This document shows, one piece after another, positions 27,318-31,583 of a stretch of DNA of 31,583 bases. The stretch is from Candidatus Hermodarchaeota archaeon (GTDB lineage Archaea; Asgardarchaeota; Lokiarchaeia; Sigyniarchaeales; SOKP01), in contig JBHLLO010000012.1 in NCBI GenBank assembly GCA_048885535.1, positions 1-31,583 on the forward strand. The letters run 5' to 3'. The position numbers and the translations under genes were made by a program. Each line of letters starts with the position of its first letter. Position 1 is the first letter of the stretch. The notes under the pieces are model-generated. The model searched no databases. It had not been told where the DNA came from and saw only the letters and a list, made by a program, of their open reading frames with translations.

Positions 27318-30245
27318 ATGAGCTATAGTTTTTCAAGGACAAAAATGATTGAAAAAATAAAGTTTGGACTCCTTTCTCCTGATGAAATCCGTAAAATGTC
27401 AGCAGCAAGGATTATAACTGCTGATACTTATGATGAAGATGGACTCCCTATCCCCAGTGGGTTAATGGATCAGAGATTAGGGACAATAGAGCCTGGACAA
27501 CGATGCCAAACCTGCGGAAATCTAGTAAGCAACTGTATGGGCCATTTTGGGCATATTGAATTGGCTAGACCAGTTATCCATGTAGGGTATTCAAAGAAAG
27601 TCTTAAAAGTTTTGAGGTCTATTTGTCCAGAATGTTCACGATTGATGCTAACAGAAGAAGAAAAAGAACGATTTAGAAAAGATCAAGTAAAGCACCGCAA
27701 AATGTTTTTTGAGGGGGATGAAGAGCTATCAAGATTAGTATTTAAGCGAGCAAGAAAGGCTAAAGTTTGTCCTTACTGTGGAGCGAAGAAAAAGAAAATA
27801 ATTATTGAAAAACCCACTACTTTTTATGAAGAAGAAGAGACTAAGGGATCACGTAGATTAACTCCAATTGAGATACTTGAGCGTTTAAAAAAGATGAATG
27901 ACAATGATCTCCGAATTTTAGGCATTTCTCCTGAAAATGCTCGTTTAGAATGGGTTGTTTTTACTGTATTGCCAATACCACCTGTGTGTGCAAGACCATC
28001 AATTACTTTAGATAGTGGTATCCGATCCGAAGATGATTTAACTCACAAATTAGTTGATGTTATTAGAATTAATCAAAGGTTGAGAGAAAATATTGATGCT
28101 GGGGCACCACACCTTATTGTTGAAGATTTATGGGAACTACTACAGTATCATATAACTACATATTTCGATAATCAAGTTTCTGGAATTCCGCCTGCAAGAC
28201 ATAGATCTGGAAGAGCGTTGAGAACTCTTACCCAAAGACTTAAAGGAAAAGAAGGTAGATTCAGAAGTAATTTAAGTGGAAAAAGGGTAGATTTTTCAGC
28301 TCGAAGTGTTATATCTCCAAATCCTTATATTAGTATAAATGAAGTGGGAGTTCCTAAGGATGTAGCAAAAATTTTAACTATCCCTACAAATGTGAATGAT
28401 TGGAACATCGAACATATGAAACAACTGGTACTAAATGGTCCACATATACATCCTGGAGCAAATTATATCATTAGAAACGATCGCAGAAGGATAGATTTAC
28501 GTTATGTTAAAAATAGACAGATGATCGCAGATATGTTAGCTCCTGGTTACACAGTAGAACGGCATTTAAATAATGGCGATTTGGTATTATTTAATCGACA
28601 ACCTTCTCTTCACAGGATGTCAATTATGGCTCATGAAGTTAAAATAATGGATGGTAAAACTTTCAGACTTAACTTAACTGTATGCCCACCTTATAATGCT
28701 GACTTTGATGGAGATGAGATGAATTTACATGTTCCTCAGAGTGAAGAAGCCCGTACTGAAGCCGAACTGTTATTAAAAGTCCAAGAACATATCCTCTCTC
28801 CTCGCTTTGGAGGACCTATATTAGGAGGTATTCAAGATTTTATTTCTTCAGTTTTTCAATTTACAAGTATAGATTCTCTATACAATAAAAAAGATACTCT
28901 AAAATTATTATTTTTAGGCGGTGTTTTTGATTCTAATCCAGATTTTACATTAGATCACCTCATACCTGTAGAAGTGGAACCTGAACCCATGTATTCAGGT
29001 AAACAAATTTTTAGTACTTTACTTCCTGATGATTTAAATATTAGAATAAAATCTAAGTTTTGCAAGAAGTGTGAAGTATGTGAGGAAGAAAATTGCTCTT
29101 ATGACGCATATGTGGTTATTAAAAATGGTGAATTAGTAACTGGTACAATTGACGAAAATTCCTTTGGAGCAATGCAATCAAATAGTATATTACAAAGAAT
29201 AATTAAAGATCACGGTAATGCGAGAGGTCGAATATTTCTAGACAACGCTACTAAGATGCTTCTGTATGTTATACGAAAAAATGGAATGACGATGGGCTTA
29301 GATGAAGTATATGTAAAAGGAAGTGATTATAAAGCAATTCAGAAAATCTTGGAAGAAGCTAATAAAGAATGTGAAAAATTAATTAATGCTTTTTATGAAA
29401 ACGATACTAAAATCTTAAAACGAGCTCCAGGACGCTCCATGAGAGAAACGTTAGAATTAAGAATACGACAAGTATTAGCAGAAGCTCGTAAAAAGGCAGA
29501 AGAAACAGCAGCTCATTATATTGGAGATGAAGCTCATTCTGTTATTATGACGAAATCGGGAGCAAGAGGAAATATCCTAAATCTTGGTCAAATGTCTGCT
29601 GTAGTGGGACAACAAGCAATTAGGGGTGAAAGAATAAATCGAGGATATAGTAGTAGAACCCTACCCCATTTCAAAATAAATGATTTAAGTCCAAGATCAC
29701 GTGGTTTTGTTGAATCATCATATCGAAATGGATTAAATCCTGAAGAATTTTTCTTTCATGCCATGGGTGGAAGAGAAGGATTAGTAGATACAGCAGTTCG
29801 AACAAGCACTTCAGGTTATATGCAACGAAGATTAGTTAATGCTCTACAAGATATGATTATTGAAAATGATGGGACGGTTCGTAATTCAGACAAGAATATT
29901 ATTCAATTTAGTTTTGGTGATGATTCCGTAAACCCTCAAATGACTGATCATGGGGCGGCAGTTAATTTAGACGTTCTTTTACTTAAAGCCAAATCTCTTG
30001 ATGTAGATGAAATTCGGGAAGAGTTAGAAAAAGCACCAAAAGAAGTGAAAAAAGAAGTAAAAAAGCCAAAGAAAGCTGTAAGTAAAGCAGCTAAAAAGAA
30101 ACCTGAAACAGAAAAAAAGGAATTAGATGAAAAAGCTAAAATACAATTATATGAAAAAGAAACAGGAAAAAACGCCATTTGGAGAGGAAAGATCACTAAA
30201 GGGTACCGTGAATGGGTAAAAGAAAAATTTGGAGAGAAAGAATGA
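27318..30245 (+). CDS. rpo1N: DNA-directed RNA polymerase subunit Rpo1N (A')
   Basis: CQTC..CMGHFGHIELA, SEDDLTHKL, GKEGRFR.NLSGKRVDFSARSVI, NRQPSLH, catalytic YNADFDGDEMN, GGREGLVDTAV.T..SGYMQRRL. Confidence 0.98.
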   Translation: MSYSFSRTKMIEKIKFGLLSPDEIRKMSAARIITADTYDEDGLPIPSGLMDQRLGTIEPGQRCQTCGNLVSNCMGHFGHIELARPVIHVGYSKKVLKVLRSICPECSRLMLTEEEKERFRKDQVKHRKMFFEGDEELSRLVFKRARKAKVCPYCGAKKKKIIIEKPTTFYEEEETKGSRRLTPIEILERLKKMNDNDLRILGISPENARLEWVVFTVLPIPPVCARPSITLDSGIRSEDDLTHKLVDVIRINQRLRENIDAGAPHLIVEDLWELLQYHITTYFDNQVSGIPPARHRSGRALRTLTQRLKGKEGRFRSNLSGKRVDFSARSVISPNPYISINEVGVPKDVAKILTIPTNVNDWNIEHMKQLVLNGPHIHPGANYIIRNDRRRIDLRYVKNRQMIADMLAPGYTVERHLNNGDLVLFNRQPSLHRMSIMAHEVKIMDGKTFRLNLTVCPPYNADFDGDEMNLHVPQSEEARTEAELLLKVQEHILSPRFGGPILGGIQDFISSVFQFTSIDSLYNKKDTLKLLFLGGVFDSNPDFTLDHLIPVEVEPEPMYSGKQIFSTLLPDDLNIRIKSKFCKKCEVCEEENCSYDAYVVIKNGELVTGTIDENSFGAMQSNSILQRIIKDHGNARGRIFLDNATKMLLYVIRKNGMTMGLDEVYVKGSDYKAIQKILEEANKECEKLINAFYENDTKILKRAPGRSMRETLELRIRQVLAEARKKAEETAAHYIGDEAHSVIMTKSGARGNILNLGQMSAVVGQQAIRGERINRGYSSRTLPHFKINDLSPRSRGFVESSYRNGLNPEEFFFHAMGGREGLVDTAVRTSTSGYMQRRLVNALQDMIIENDGTVRNSDKNIIQFSFGDDSVNPQMTDHGAAVNLDVLLLKAKSLDVDEIREELEKAPKEVKKEVKKPKKAVSKAAKKKPETEKKELDEKAKIQLYEKETGKNAIWRGKITKGYREWVKEKFGEKE

Positions 30246-30256
30246 GGTTATGAACA

Positions 30257-31465
30257 ATGACAAAGGTAACAAAAGAATTATTAGAAGAAAAATTAAAAGA
30301 ATTGCATGAAGATGGAATCCCCTTAGATTTAATAGAAAAAATCAGAGATCGTATTAAGGATGAAGATTTAGAAGAAGAACAACTTGAATATTTATTAAAT
30401 AAAATATATATTAATTTTAATAATGCTATTGTAGAATCAAGTGAACCTGTAGGAACTGTTGCAGCCCAATCAATAGGAGAACCAGGAACTCAGATGACTT
30501 TAAGGACTTTTCATTATGCAGGAGTAGAAGAGTTCTCAGTTACTCAAGGACTACCTAGATTGATTGAAATTGTAGATGCAAGAAGATTTCCTGCAACTCC
30601 TGCCATGGATATCTATCTTGAAAAGGATTATCGTGAATCAGAAGACAAGGCAATCCGAGTCCATAATCGTATTGAGCAAATTCGTATAGAGCAAATTGCC
30701 TCAGATGTTGATCTTGATTTTATAGATTGGAAAATAGTTATTCATCTTATTCCTGAAATCTGCGAAAGTAAAGGGATTGAAATTGATAAAATTCCAGAAG
30801 TATTAAAAAGATATAAGAAAAAAGGGACGATAAAACGCGAAGGAAATTCAATAATAATTGATCCTGGTATTGAGGATTTGCAAAACCTTCAGAAATTAAG
30901 AGAAAAAATATTAAAAAAAGTCGTTAAAGGGATAAGAGGGATTAAAAGGGGTTTACTTACTCCAACTGATCAAGCTCACGAATGGGTTATAAAAACAGAA
31001 GGAACAAATTTACAAAGTGTTGTCCAAATTGAAGGTGTTGATACTACTAGAACTGTTTCGAATCATATACATGAAATTGAGAAATTATATGGCATTGAAG
31101 CAGCTCGAAATATGATAATAAAAGAATCTCAAAAGGTTTTGGAACAACAAGGTTTAGATGTAGATTTAAGGCATCTGCTTATCTTAGCCGATTTAATGTG
31201 TGTGACTGGATCTATTCAATCAATAGGTCGACATGGTATTTCAGGTTCAAAATCAAGTGTATTTGCAAGGGCTGCTTTTGAAGTCACAGTTAATCAATTA
31301 TTAGATGCGGGACTTTATGGAGAGGAAGAACGCTTGCTTGGAATTCCTGAGAATGTAATAATAGGGCAAGTTATACCAATGGGAAGCGGACGTGTCAATG
31401 TAAGATTTGATCTTGATGAAAATTTAAGAATCTTAAAAGAAATGGAAACATCGCAAAAAAAGTAA
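30257..31465 (+). CDS. rpo1C: DNA-directed RNA polymerase subunit Rpo1C (A'')
   Basis: [18 protein letters not shown] trigger loop, [17 protein letters not shown]...AD.M, IGRHG, RAAFE, ENVIIGQ...GSG. Confidence 0.98.
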   Translation: MTKVTKELLEEKLKELHEDGIPLDLIEKIRDRIKDEDLEEEQLEYLLNKIYINFNNAIVESSEPVGTVAAQSIGEPGTQMTLRTFHYAGVEEFSVTQGLPRLIEIVDARRFPATPAMDIYLEKDYRESEDKAIRVHNRIEQIRIEQIASDVDLDFIDWKIVIHLIPEICESKGIEIDKIPEVLKRYKKKGTIKREGNSIIIDPGIEDLQNLQKLREKILKKVVKGIRGIKRGLLTPTDQAHEWVIKTEGTNLQSVVQIEGVDTTRTVSNHIHEIEKLYGIEAARNMIIKESQKVLEQQGLDVDLRHLLILADLMCVTGSIQSIGRHGISGSKSSVFARAAFEVTVNQLLDAGLYGEEERLLGIPENVIIGQVIPMGSGRVNVRFDLDENLRILKEMETSQKK

Positions 31466-31583
31466 TATTCTTAATAAACAAATTGATTTTTCAAAATGTA
31501 CTCAAATTCAAACAGAAGAAAAGGTTTTAATGGTTATAATGTTTTTTTATGTAATAATACATTCTAATTGTAAAGAAAGAAAA

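Noticed and set aside
29061-29096. Extra Cys cluster CKKCEVCEEENC in Rpo1N
   Set aside because: Comparable Cys-rich inserts occur at this position in other archaeal Rpo1N proteins
29948-30196. 82-aa Phe/Ser-rich minus-strand ORF
   Set aside because: Mirror of the Lys/Glu-rich Rpo1N tail
30243-30259. Possible readthrough fusion of Rpo1N and Rpo1C into an Rpb1-like chain
   Set aside because: Different frames, a second in-frame TGA follows, and rpo1C has its own GAGG SD and ATG
1-31583. tRNA, rRNA, CRISPR array, IS/transposase, selenoprotein UGA with SECIS
   Set aside because: No GC-rich structured islands, regularly spaced repeats, transposase motifs or in-frame UGA at conserved Cys positions were seen by eye; a covariance-model search would be needed to exclude small RNAs

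Overview
AT-rich archaeal chromosome segment, most likely an Asgard archaeon of the Lokiarchaeia/Promethearchaeota type. This is inferred from two Rab-like small GTPases, a roadblock/LC7 protein, a Loki-type histone, split Rpo1N/Rpo1C and several zinc-ribbon membrane proteins. Core genes include aroB' (DHQ synthase II), the pus10-rpl21e-rpo4-DUF655-rsmA-hemK2 cluster, nurA, rpo1N and rpo1C. Accessory genes include queD, an SDR-QueC fusion, GH57, a UroD-family protein, two GPH-type MFS transporters, AKR, GNAT, EamA and several hypotheticals. No tRNA, rRNA, CRISPR array or intact mobile element was seen. Main leads: (1) the release-factor methyltransferase gene hemK2 continues in frame directly after the rsmA amber stop and has no ATG/GTG/TTG ahead of its conserved N-terminal motif, implying ATT initiation or readthrough; (2) an SDR-QueC fusion divergent from queD and followed by GH57; (3) a deoxynucleoside/dTMP-kinase-like protein ending in a PCNA PIP box; (4) an extra C-terminal linker plus mini-domain on Rpo1N; (5) an array of palindromic TTGTACAA sites next to the histone gene; (6) a catalytically degenerate zinc-ribbon CPBP protein; (7) an uncalled gene remnant upstream of rpo1N, which is detached from rpo5/rpo2.
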